A stretch of DNA of 64,000 nucleotides from an uncultured Acidobacteriota bacterium. GTDB lineage: Bacteria > Acidobacteriota > Thermoanaerobaculia > Gp7-AA8. Position 1 is the first letter of the stretch, and each line of letters starts with the position of its first letter. Positions 10,471 through 18,913 of this stretch are shown here, piece by piece. Both the position numbers and the translations under genes were made by a program. Location of the stretch: the NCBI GenBank assembly GCA_963741955.1, contig CAVUKB010000007.1, positions 800,001 to 864,000 of the forward strand, in the 5' to 3' direction. The notes beneath the pieces were generated by a model. That model saw only the letters and a program-made list of their open reading frames with translations, searched no databases and was not told the origin of the DNA.

Positions 10471-10486
10471 CCCGGATTCTTCCCCA

Positions 10487-10504
10487 ATGTGTGTTACGAC
10501 ACAT
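10487..10504. promoter_or_regulatory. Putative MarR operator 2
   Basis: ATGTGT-GTTACG-ACACAT inverted repeat upstream of the DoxX gene. Confidence 0.6.
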
Positions 10505-10549
10505 AGCGTCGTTACATCGAATCAGTCGAATCACATCGAAGGAGCTGCA

Positions 10550-10942
10550 ATGAAGAGATATCTCGATCCACTCGCCCGGTTTCTGGTCGCACTCATTTTC
10601 ATCCTCTCCGGCGTCAGCAAGATCGGCATGTTCGGAGGAGTGGCGGGGATGCTCGCAGCGAAGCACGTCCCTCTCGCACCGGTGGCGCTCGCGATCGCGA
10701 TAGCCATCGAGATCCTCGGCGGGGTGGGACTGCTGCTCGGCTTCCACACCCGCATCGCGGCAGGGCTTCTGATCATCATGCTGGTTCCGACGACCCTCCT
10801 GATTCACGTCGCCGGAATGGCCGATCCGGCCCAGGCGCAGCAGCAGCTCACGGAAGTTCTGAAGAACCTCGCCATCATCGGCGCGCTCATCCACTACGCC
10901 TCTGAAGGAGCGCGATCGTTCGCACTCGACCTCAGAGCCTGA
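10550..10942 (+). CDS. DoxX family membrane protein
   Basis: ARFLVALIFILSGVSKI, EILGGVGLLLGFHTRIAA and LKNLAIIG; RBS AAGGAG. Confidence 0.9.
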   Translation: MKRYLDPLARFLVALIFILSGVSKIGMFGGVAGMLAAKHVPLAPVALAIAIAIEILGGVGLLLGFHTRIAAGLLIIMLVPTTLLIHVAGMADPAQAQQQLTEVLKNLAIIGALIHYASEGARSFALDLRA

Positions 10943-10978
10943 CCTCGGCACGCCGTTTGAGCGGAAAGGAGACCAGCC

Positions 10979-11575
10979 ATGAACGTCACGCTACGCAAGT
11001 CCGATCTGCCGGTTCACCCGATGTTCGTCGACCGATGGTCGCGACGCGCCTTCAGCCCTGAACCGATCGACCGCGCCACGCTCTCCACTCTCTTCGAAGC
11101 GGCGCGATGGTCGCCCTCTTCGATGAACGAGCAGCCGTGGTTCTTCCTCTTCGCGACCGCGGAGGAAGATCTCGAGCGCTTCCGTTCGGTCCTCGTGCCG
11201 GGCAACCGGACATGGGCGGATCACGCGCCGGTTCTGGTGATCGCATACGCACGAAAAAACTTTTCGAATGATCGTCCGAACCGTTGGGCGGGATTCGATA
11301 CCGGAGCGGCGTGGATGTCGCTCGCGCTGCAGGCGCATCATTCGGGACTGACCACGCACGCGATGGGCGGGTTCGAGCCGGAAGCCGCCCTCGAGCTTCT
11401 AGGCGACCTCGCTGACCAGTACGAGCCGATGGCGGTCATCGCCATCGGCCGCCCCGGCGACGCCTCATCGCTCGATGAGCCGCTCGCCTCGCGCGAGACG
11501 CCGAGCTCGCGACGGCCTCTCGGCGAGGTCGTGCACGAGGGGCCCATCGTCGCGAAGATCGCCGCGGCGGGATGA
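10979..11575 (+). CDS. Nitroreductase family protein
   Basis: RWSRRAF, EAARWSPSSMNEQPW, FDTGAAW and HAMGGF. Confidence 0.93.
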   Translation: MNVTLRKSDLPVHPMFVDRWSRRAFSPEPIDRATLSTLFEAARWSPSSMNEQPWFFLFATAEEDLERFRSVLVPGNRTWADHAPVLVIAYARKNFSNDRPNRWAGFDTGAAWMSLALQAHHSGLTTHAMGGFEPEAALELLGDLADQYEPMAVIAIGRPGDASSLDEPLASRETPSSRRPLGEVVHEGPIVAKIAAAG

Positions 11576-11671
11576 AGTGTCGTCGAGGGTCGGGTACTCA
11601 ACGTCTGACCCTCGACCGGCGTCCTCGCGATCGGAGATTCTCCGGAACATCCCCTCACCACGTACGACCTC

Positions 11672-11749
11672 CTCGCCTCCTCGCCTCTCGCCTCTCGCCT
11701 CTCGTCTCTCGCCTCTCGCCTCTCGTCTCTCGCCCCTCGCCTCTCGCCT
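11672..11749. repeat. Heptamer tandem repeat (CTCGCCT)n
   Basis: 10 contiguous copies at 11680-11749 (variants CTCGTCT and CTCGCCC) plus one copy just upstream. Confidence 0.9.
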
Positions 11750-11796
11750 CGCCCGGCCCTATATTGGCCTTCTGAATGTCCGAATCGAGGTGACGC

Positions 11797-12435
11797 ATGT
11801 CGAAACGCTCTTCCTCGAGCTCCTCCGGGGTCTCGCGCCGGAGCTTCCTGAAGGGTGCAGGGCTCTCTGCCGCGGGAGCGGCAGTCCTGCAGTCCGGCCT
11901 CGCCGCAACGGAAGCAGCGGTCGAAGCGGTCCGCGACTCGCGGGTGATCGGTCCGGGGGCGGTTGCCATCGCGTTGATGGTCAACGGCGTGCGACGCACG
12001 CTTTCGGTCGAGCCGCGCACCACGCTCGCCGAAGCGCTCCGGAACCAGCTCGAACTGACCGGAACGAAGATCGGGTGCGACCGCGGAGCATGCGGCGCCT
12101 GCACGGTGTGGCTGGACGGCGTGCCGGTCTCCTCCTGCATGACGCTCGCGATCGACGTCGGGGGTCGCGAGGTGACCACCATCGAGGGCCTGGCGAAAGA
12201 GGGCCGGCTCCATCCCGTGCAGGAAGCGTTCGTCGCGAATGATGCGATGCAATGCGGCTTCTGCACTCCGGGGATGGTGATGAGCTGTGTGGCGCTGGTG
12301 GATCGCGTCCAGGATCCGACCCGCGAAGACGTGCAGGTCGCGACGAGCGGTAATCTCTGCCGCTGCGGAACCTACCCGAAGATCTTCGACGCGACACTCG
12401 CCGCGGCGAAGCAGCGGGGAAGGAAGGGGGTGTGA
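11797..12435 (+). CDS. Tat-exported 2x[2Fe-2S] subunit of a xanthine-dehydrogenase-family molybdoenzyme (PaoA/YagT-like)
   Basis: Twin-arginine signal SRRSFLK; CDRGACGAC...C and QCGFC...CRC motifs. Confidence 0.93.
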   Translation: MSKRSSSSSSGVSRRSFLKGAGLSAAGAAVLQSGLAATEAAVEAVRDSRVIGPGAVAIALMVNGVRRTLSVEPRTTLAEALRNQLELTGTKIGCDRGACGACTVWLDGVPVSSCMTLAIDVGGREVTTIEGLAKEGRLHPVQEAFVANDAMQCGFCTPGMVMSCVALVDRVQDPTREDVQVATSGNLCRCGTYPKIFDATLAAAKQRGRKGV

Positions 12436-12436
12436 G

Positions 12437-14776
12437 ATGGCCGCGAAGAAAAAGATCACGCTTCCGTTCGGCATCTCCACACGGAAGATCGGCTCGATCG
12501 AGCGTGAAGTTCCGGCCGCAGAGCCGCCGCCGCTCCCGCCGAACCCGGAGCTTCGTGTCATCGGAAAGAGAACGCCGCGCATCGACGGACGGCTGAAGGT
12601 CACCGGCGAGGCGCGTTACACGGCGGACGTCCGTCTGCCGGGAATGCTCTGGGCGACCATGGTCACCGCACCTCATCCGCATGCCCGCATCCGTTCGATC
12701 GACACGGCCGCGGCCGAAGCTCTCCCGGGCGTCAGAGCGGTGCACGTGATCGAGAACATCCAGGGGAGCGCCGTGGTCCGAGATCCGTCGAAAGAGCTCG
12801 TGAGCCGCTGGCCGATCGTCCGCTACGCCGGTCAGCCGATCGCGGCGGTCGCCGCGGTCTCTCCGGAGATCGCGGACGAAGCCGCGAGAAAGGTGAAAGT
12901 CGACTACGAGGTCTTTCCTTTCGTCGTGGACGAAGATCTCGCGCAGAAGGATTCTGCACCGCTCGTCTTTCCGGCCGCCGCAGATCAGGCGGGGACCGCG
13001 GGAGGAGGCGGTGGTCCGGCCGGAGTGCCGCAGAAGGGGAACGTCCGCGGACCGATGGGGCAACCGCGCGGCGACGTCGAGAAAGGATTCGCGGCGGCCG
13101 ACGTCAAGGTCGAGGCGGAGTACCGCACCCAGGTCCAGACTCACAGCGCGATGGAGACTCACGGCGCAGTTGCCGACTGGAATCCGGATGGTCTCACCGT
13201 CTGGGCCTCGACTCAGGGAACGGTCGGAGTGCGCGAAGAGCTGGCGGAGATTTTCGGGCTTCCGCAGAGCCGTGTCCGCGTGATCACCGAGTACATGGGC
13301 GGCGGCTTCGGCGCGAAGTTCGGAGCTGGGAATCCGGGAGTGGTCGCCGTGCACCTGTCGAAGAAGGCGGGAGCGCCGGTGCGGCTGATGCTCGACCGGC
13401 GCAACGAGCACCTCTCGGTCGGAAACCGCCCGAGCTCACACGTGAAGATGCGGGTCGGAGCGACGCGGGACGGAAAGATCACCGCCATCGACGCGCAGTC
13501 GTGGGGAACCGCGGGTGTCGGGACCGGCGCCGGTGCGCTCGCTCCCGCACGGAACATGTACGAGGTCGAGAACGTCGCGACGGCGGAGCACGACGTCTTC
13601 ACCAATGCGGGCCCGGCGGCTGCGATGCGTGCTCCGGGACATCCGCAGGGATGCTTCGCTCTCGAACAGAGCATCGACATGCTCGCGGAAAAGCTCGGAA
13701 TGGACCCACTGAAGCTGCGCGATCTGAACGACTCGCATCCGGCGCGCCGCGAAGAGCGACGGATCGGTGCGGAGCGATTCGGATGGTCAAGGCGTGACTC
13801 GATGCGCCGATCGGCCGGCCCGATCCGCTACGGCACCGGTGTCGCGCAGTCGGTCTGGTACCGGCTCGTCTCGATGACCGCCGCAGCAGAAGTGCGGATC
13901 CTGAGCGATGGTTCGGTCGAGCTCAGGAGCGCGGTTCAGGACATCGGGACCGGGATCCGGACCGTCCTCGCGCAGGTGGTCGCGGAAGAGCTCGGGCTCG
14001 ATCCGCGAGATGTCGCGATCCGCATCGGCGACACCGAATTTCCGCCCGGTCCGCAATCCGGCGGAAGCATGACCACCAGTTCGATCACTCCCGCAGCCCG
14101 GAACGCGGCCCATCAGGCCAGGACCACGATGCTGGAGCGGCTCGCGGGGTCGCTCGGCGTCCCCGACGAATCCGTCGAGTGGCGGAACGGACACGTGGTG
14201 GTGAAGGGAAAGGCGCCTCGGGAGATGACCTTCCGCGAGGCGGCGAGTCAGATGGGAGTTGCCGAGGTCTCCGGCCGCGCGGACCGATCGCCCGACTACG
14301 TCTCCCGGCAGCAGATGGCGATGCTCGGAGGAGTGCACTTCGCGGAAGTCTCGGTCGACACCGGAACCGGTTCGGTAAAAGTGGAGCGCGTACTGGCAGT
14401 GCACGACTGCGGTCGTCCGATGAACCCCCTCCAGCTCGAGAGTCAGATCAACGGGGGAATCATTCAGGGCATCTCCTACGCGCTCTACGAGAGCCGTATT
14501 CTCGACGGCAACCACGGGAAGATGGTCAATCCGAACCTCGAGCAGTACAAGATCGCCGGCGCTCGCGAGGTTCCGCCGATCGACGTCGTGATCCTCGAGG
14601 AATACAACGCCCTCTCGTCGACCGACGCGTTCGGCATCGGCGAGCCGGCGACCATACCGACTTCGGCCGCCATCGCGAACGCCATTCACGACGCGATCGG
14701 AGTGCGGCTGACGGATCTCCCGATCACGCCGGCGAAGATTCTCACCGCACTCGCAGAGAAGGGGAGGACGGCATGA
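12437..14776 (+). CDS. Molybdopterin-binding subunit, xanthine dehydrogenase family (PaoC-like)
   Basis: KVTGEARYTAD, GGGFGAK, MRAPG, GGSMTT, QINGGIIQGIS and catalytic GIGEP. Confidence 0.95.
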   Translation: MAAKKKITLPFGISTRKIGSIEREVPAAEPPPLPPNPELRVIGKRTPRIDGRLKVTGEARYTADVRLPGMLWATMVTAPHPHARIRSIDTAAAEALPGVRAVHVIENIQGSAVVRDPSKELVSRWPIVRYAGQPIAAVAAVSPEIADEAARKVKVDYEVFPFVVDEDLAQKDSAPLVFPAAADQAGTAGGGGGPAGVPQKGNVRGPMGQPRGDVEKGFAAADVKVEAEYRTQVQTHSAMETHGAVADWNPDGLTVWASTQGTVGVREELAEIFGLPQSRVRVITEYMGGGFGAKFGAGNPGVVAVHLSKKAGAPVRLMLDRRNEHLSVGNRPSSHVKMRVGATRDGKITAIDAQSWGTAGVGTGAGALAPARNMYEVENVATAEHDVFTNAGPAAAMRAPGHPQGCFALEQSIDMLAEKLGMDPLKLRDLNDSHPARREERRIGAERFGWSRRDSMRRSAGPIRYGTGVAQSVWYRLVSMTAAAEVRILSDGSVELRSAVQDIGTGIRTVLAQVVAEELGLDPRDVAIRIGDTEFPPGPQSGGSMTTSSITPAARNAAHQARTTMLERLAGSLGVPDESVEWRNGHVVVKGKAPREMTFREAASQMGVAEVSGRADRSPDYVSRQQMAMLGGVHFAEVSVDTGTGSVKVERVLAVHDCGRPMNPLQLESQINGGIIQGISYALYESRILDGNHGKMVNPNLEQYKIAGAREVPPIDVVILEEYNALSSTDAFGIGEPATIPTSAAIANAIHDAIGVRLTDLPITPAKILTALAEKGRTA

Positions 14777-15765
14777 ACCGCTTCGAGTGGGTCTCGGTCT
14801 CGACGGTGGAGGGAGCGATCGCCCAACTCTCCCACGGGGCGACGGCGAAGGCGGGAGGGATCGATCTCCTCGACCGGATGAAGGAAGGTCTCGAGGAGCC
14901 GGAGAGAGTGGTGAATCTCCGTGGGATCGCGGGGCTCGACTCGATCACGGCAGACGACGGGGGATTGCATCTCGGTGCGCTGGCGACACTCGCGCAGATC
15001 GCCGCGTCGCCGGTTGTTCGTTCGCGGTGGCCCGCGCTCGCGACGGCCGCGCTCGGGGCCGCGACGCCTCAGATCCGGAACGCAGCGACTCTCGGCGGCA
15101 ATCTTCTGCAGCGGCCGCGATGCTGGTACTTCCGCTCCGCAGAGTTTCGCTGCCTCAGGAAGGGAGGGAGCGAATGTTTCGCCATTCCCGGTGAGAACCA
15201 GTACCACGCCGTCGTCGACAACGACATCTGCGCGATGGTCCATCCTTCGGCGGCCGCGATCCCGTTGATGGCTTACCGCGCGGTGCTCGAGGTCGCCGGT
15301 CCGGAGGGGAAGCGCGACATCCCTCTCGAGAGCTTCTTCGTCCTCCCGTCCGAAGACGTGACACGCGAGCATTCCCTTCCGCACGATTCGGTGGTGACCG
15401 GAATCCGGGTTCCTGCTCCTCCGAAAGGGGCCAGGTCTGCATATCTGAAGCAGGGGGAGAAGGAGTCGTTCGACTGGCCGCTCGCGGATGCGGCAGCGGT
15501 GCTGGTCATGGACGGCTCGCGCATTCGCAACGCCTCGATCGTCCTCGGCGCGGCCTCTCCCGTGCCGAAGAGGGCGGGAGCCGCGGAACAGTGGCTGGTA
15601 GGGAAACCTCTCGATGACGCGACCGCCCGTGAAGCGGCGCGGCGTGCGATGGAGGGAGCGACACCTCTCTCGAAGAACGGATGGAAGGTTCCGCTGTTCC
15701 AGACCGTGATCGCGCGGGTACTGCTCGCTGCGGCCGGCGGTCCGGCCGCGGGAGGAACGCGATGA
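14773..15765 (+). CDS. FAD-binding subunit (PaoB-like, with probable [4Fe-4S] insert)
   Basis: AGGIDLL, QIRNAATLGGNLLQRPRCWYFR and a Cys cluster C-x8-C-x7-C...C. ATGA overlap with the upstream gene. Confidence 0.93.
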   Translation: MNRFEWVSVSTVEGAIAQLSHGATAKAGGIDLLDRMKEGLEEPERVVNLRGIAGLDSITADDGGLHLGALATLAQIAASPVVRSRWPALATAALGAATPQIRNAATLGGNLLQRPRCWYFRSAEFRCLRKGGSECFAIPGENQYHAVVDNDICAMVHPSAAAIPLMAYRAVLEVAGPEGKRDIPLESFFVLPSEDVTREHSLPHDSVVTGIRVPAPPKGARSAYLKQGEKESFDWPLADAAAVLVMDGSRIRNASIVLGAASPVPKRAGAAEQWLVGKPLDDATAREAARRAMEGATPLSKNGWKVPLFQTVIARVLLAAAGGPAAGGTR

Positions 15766-15992
15766 GCGGGGCTCCCGGGCGAATTCCGGACGTCTGTCAT
15801 CACCTGCGAACGAAGCAGACCGCGGCGACGGTGATCGACGGCGCGGCGCTCCCGTGGCAGATGGGAGAGAACGCCAGTGCGTGCTACTGGTGCATCGCGA
15901 CGACCGGCCCGGTCGGTCCGGACGAGAGGCCGGTGCATCCTCGCTCCTGCCTCGACGGAAGATCGTGCTGGAGAGGGACGCCCGCCGGGTAG
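15762..15992 (+). CDS. Small Cys-rich hypothetical protein (76 aa)
   Basis: ATGA overlap with the FAD subunit stop and RBS GGAGG; VCHHLRTK...CYWC..T.GPVGPD...C....SCW. Confidence 0.7.
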   Translation: MSGAPGRIPDVCHHLRTKQTAATVIDGAALPWQMGENASACYWCIATTGPVGPDERPVHPRSCLDGRSCWRGTPAG

Positions 15993-16066
15993 GCCCAAAT
16001 TCGCATCCCTGGAGCCCGGTACATTCTGCCGAGCGCTCGCTCACGTGAGAGACTGATGGCTTCACG

Positions 16067-16786
16067 ATGTCGTTCTACGGAGAAGATCTCGCATTCATTC
16101 ACGACCGGGGCTTTCGCCAATCGGTCGAAGCTGCGCCCGATCTCCTCGCCATTCTCGTGCGGGCCGGGATTGCCGGAGGGGCGGTGATCGATCTCGGATG
16201 CGGCAGCGGACTGTGGGCGAAAGAGCTCGTCCGTGCCGGATACCGGGTGAGCGGCATCGACATCTCCCCGGCCATGATCCGGATCGCGAAGAAGGAAGTT
16301 CCCGAAGCGAAATTCGTCGCCGGCTCTCTTTTCGACGCCCGACTCGGCGAATGCGATGCAGTTACCGCTCTCGGCGAGGTGATCGGGTACATCGCAGAGG
16401 CACGATCACGTCGCGGGATGCTCCGGACGTTCTTCCGGCGGGTTCACGATGCGCTCCGCCCCGGAGGACTCTTTCTCTTCGACGTGATCGTCACCCCTGG
16501 AAAGCCGATGAACTACCGCTACTGGACCGGCGGGGACGAGTGGGTCGTCCTGGTCGAGGTTCACGAGGACGTGGAAGCGCGACTCCTGACCAGACGGATC
16601 ATCACCTTCCGCCGGAGAGGCGCGGGCTATCGTCGCTCGGAAGAGATCCATCTCGTGCGTCTGTTCGAGCGTGAGCGCATCGAGGAGCTGCTCCGTGACG
16701 CGGGCTTCTCCGTGCGTGCCACCCGGCGATGGGGGCGATTCACTCTGCCGCCGCGGCGACTCGGATTTCAGGCGCGACACACCTGA
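16067..16786 (+). CDS. Class I SAM-dependent methyltransferase
   Basis: VIDLGCGSG, GIDISPAMI and LRPGGLFLFD. Confidence 0.9.
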   Translation: MSFYGEDLAFIHDRGFRQSVEAAPDLLAILVRAGIAGGAVIDLGCGSGLWAKELVRAGYRVSGIDISPAMIRIAKKEVPEAKFVAGSLFDARLGECDAVTALGEVIGYIAEARSRRGMLRTFFRRVHDALRPGGLFLFDVIVTPGKPMNYRYWTGGDEWVVLVEVHEDVEARLLTRRIITFRRRGAGYRRSEEIHLVRLFERERIEELLRDAGFSVRATRRWGRFTLPPRRLGFQARHT

Positions 16787-16911
16787 CCTCCGCCCATTCC
16801 CGGCGACCGAGGATGCTCGAAACGGACCGTCCTTCGCCGTGCTGGAGCTCGTACCCCCTCCGTTCCCTACCTCCACTCTTTACCCGATCTCCACGCGTTC
16901 ACGCAGCGGAG

Positions 16912-16928
16912 TTGGCACCTCACTCGCT
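16912..16928 (+). promoter_or_regulatory. Putative sigma54 promoter
   Basis: TTGGCACCTCACTCGCT fits TGGCAC-N5-TTGC with one mismatch and lies ~30 nt before the GGAGGAGG RBS and ATG 16961. Confidence 0.55.
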
Positions 16929-16960
16929 ACTCTGCAACGGACGAATGGAGGAGGTTGCTG

Positions 16961-17383
16961 ATGCTCAGCCACGGGAACGCTGCGGCTCACGACGACGAGT
17001 CGATCACGGTCATGGACCCGGATAACGCTTACGAATTTCCATACTCCGCATTCATGCGCCACGCATCGCGGCCGATCGTCGAATGCGATCTGCGGGGATT
17101 GATCCGCAGCGTGAACGACCGCTTCCTCGAAGTGACCGGCTGGAGCGTGCGGGAAGTGCTCGGTCGGCCGGTCGAGCAGGTGCTGGAAGAGCTCCCGGTC
17201 GATTGCGAACATCATCGGGATCACTACGACGCGCAGTTGCGGCGCCCTGCCGGCGAGCCGCTCGAGCTTCGAGCGTGCGACGCGGGATTGGTCGACGCGC
17301 GGGGCACTCGCATCGGAACTTTGAAGATCTGTTTCGAGTCGGTCACTGCTTCCGCCGAGGAACGTTGGCCGGAAGCGGTCTGA
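16961..17383 (+). CDS. Stand-alone PAS-domain protein
   Basis: PIVECDLRGLIRSVNDRFLEVTGWSVREVLGRP PAS signature; strong RBS. Confidence 0.75.
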   Translation: MLSHGNAAAHDDESITVMDPDNAYEFPYSAFMRHASRPIVECDLRGLIRSVNDRFLEVTGWSVREVLGRPVEQVLEELPVDCEHHRDHYDAQLRRPAGEPLELRACDAGLVDARGTRIGTLKICFESVTASAEERWPEAV

Positions 17384-17537
17384 CCGGAAGCCGCATCGGC
17401 GGGTTCTCGAGATCCCATCTTCGCGTGGCGTTGTCCCACCGCCAGTTCGCGGACGTGGCGACGACTGCCACTGGATGGTGCGGTACCGGTCGTGCAGGGA
17501 TCTCGTCTCGTCCGGCAAAGCGACGAGGGAGGCGACG

Positions 17538-17855
17538 ATGGAAGTCTATGATTTTCGGGCGATGGCGAAGTGGAGCGATGCCCGCTTCCAGTCGGTCGTG
17601 GTGTTCCGCGAGCCCTCGCAGCGGGGAATGCTCCTCTGCATGAAAGCGGGCCAGGAAGTGCCGGAGCATTCGGCGGACGGAGTCGTGTCGGTCCAGGCCA
17701 TCACCGGCCACGTCGTCTTCTGGGACGAAGAGACTCCGGCCGACCTCGTCCCCGGTCAGGCGGTCCGGGTGGACCGCGGACGTCGCCACCGGGTCGAAGC
17801 GAAGGAAGAATCGATTGTCTTCGTCACCATCACCGCGGTTCCTGATCAGACCTGA
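17538..17855 (+). CDS. Cupin-domain protein
   Basis: MKAGQEVPEHSA..VSVQAITG...PGQAV.VDRGRRHRVEA; RBS GGAGG. Confidence 0.8.
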   Translation: MEVYDFRAMAKWSDARFQSVVVFREPSQRGMLLCMKAGQEVPEHSADGVVSVQAITGHVVFWDEETPADLVPGQAVRVDRGRRHRVEAKEESIVFVTITAVPDQT

Positions 17856-18004
17856 ACCGCAGTCGTTCCCCCTACCCTCTCGATATCGCGTGATCCGCGT
17901 CACACCCGATCCGTGTCACGCGCGCATGTGATCCTCCGTTCCTCCTGATAGCGTTCGCCACCGTGGAACTGCGAAGAGAATCGCGGCCCTCACGGAGGCT
18001 CTCT

Positions 18005-18802
18005 TTGAACAAAATCATCATTGCGGGCGCCATCTCGCTCCTCCTGCTCGGATGCAGCGGAAAGGCGGACATCACCGCGACGAAACAGAAAACGGCTCCG
18101 GCGCCAGCCGCTGCCGAAGCGAAGGCGGAGGCACCCTCACCCTCTCTGGTCCGGGTCGAAGGGAAAGTGCTCGAGACGATGGACGCGGCCGGCTACACCT
18201 ACGTCCGGATGCAGACTCCGGCGGGCGAAGTCTGGGCCGCCGTCTCGGCGACGAAGCTGGAAAAGGGCGCCGACGTGGCGATCGACCAGCAGATGATCGC
18301 CGACAACTTCAAGTCCAGCACTCTGAACCGCACGTTCGATCACCTGATCTTCGGCACCATCGCCCCGGCAGGCTCTCCCGACCCGAACATGGCGGCGGCG
18401 ATTCCGGCCGCAGCCGAGCCGCCGGTTCCCGCCGCGCATGGAAAGATGGTCGCCGCGGCGGAGAAGGATGCGGCTCCGGTGAAGGTCGCCAGGGCGACCG
18501 GAGCGAACGCGAAGAGCGTCGCCGAGGTCTGGTCGGAGCGCAAGGCGCTCTCCGGAAAGCCGGTGGTGATCCACGCCAAGGTGGTCAAGTTTCTCCCGCA
18601 GATCATGGGTCGGAACTGGATTCACCTCCGGGATGGATCGGGATCCGCGGCGGCCAGCGACAACGATCTGGTGGTCACGACCCAGGACACCGCCGCGGAA
18701 GGCGACGTGGTCACTGTGACCGGAACGGTGCAGGCCGATCACGACCTGGGGAGGGGCCTGATCTACCAGGTGGTCGTGGTGGACGGAAAGGTCGCCAAAT
18801 AA
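18005..18802 (+). CDS. NrfJ-like / OB-fold lipoprotein
   Basis: TTG start with lipobox LLGC; GKVLETMDAAGYTY...WAA, FKSSTLNRTFDHLIF, and an OB-like C-terminal IMGRNWIHLRDGSG. Confidence 0.7.
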   Translation: MNKIIIAGAISLLLLGCSGKADITATKQKTAPAPAAAEAKAEAPSPSLVRVEGKVLETMDAAGYTYVRMQTPAGEVWAAVSATKLEKGADVAIDQQMIADNFKSSTLNRTFDHLIFGTIAPAGSPDPNMAAAIPAAAEPPVPAAHGKMVAAAEKDAAPVKVARATGANAKSVAEVWSERKALSGKPVVIHAKVVKFLPQIMGRNWIHLRDGSGSAAASDNDLVVTTQDTAAEGDVVTVTGTVQADHDLGRGLIYQVVVVDGKVAK

Positions 18803-18913
18803 GTTCAACCAAAGCTCTGTGAGGCACGTCACTTCGACCCCGTATCGGAGTCACGTCCTTTTACCCCCGGCTGAAGAGAAAATCACCCTGCCACTATTGA
18901 AAGGGAGGCAAAC

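Noticed and set aside
11672-11749. CRISPR array
   Set aside because: Contiguous 7-mers without spacers. No 25-45-nt repeat-spacer pattern or cas operon was seen in the window.
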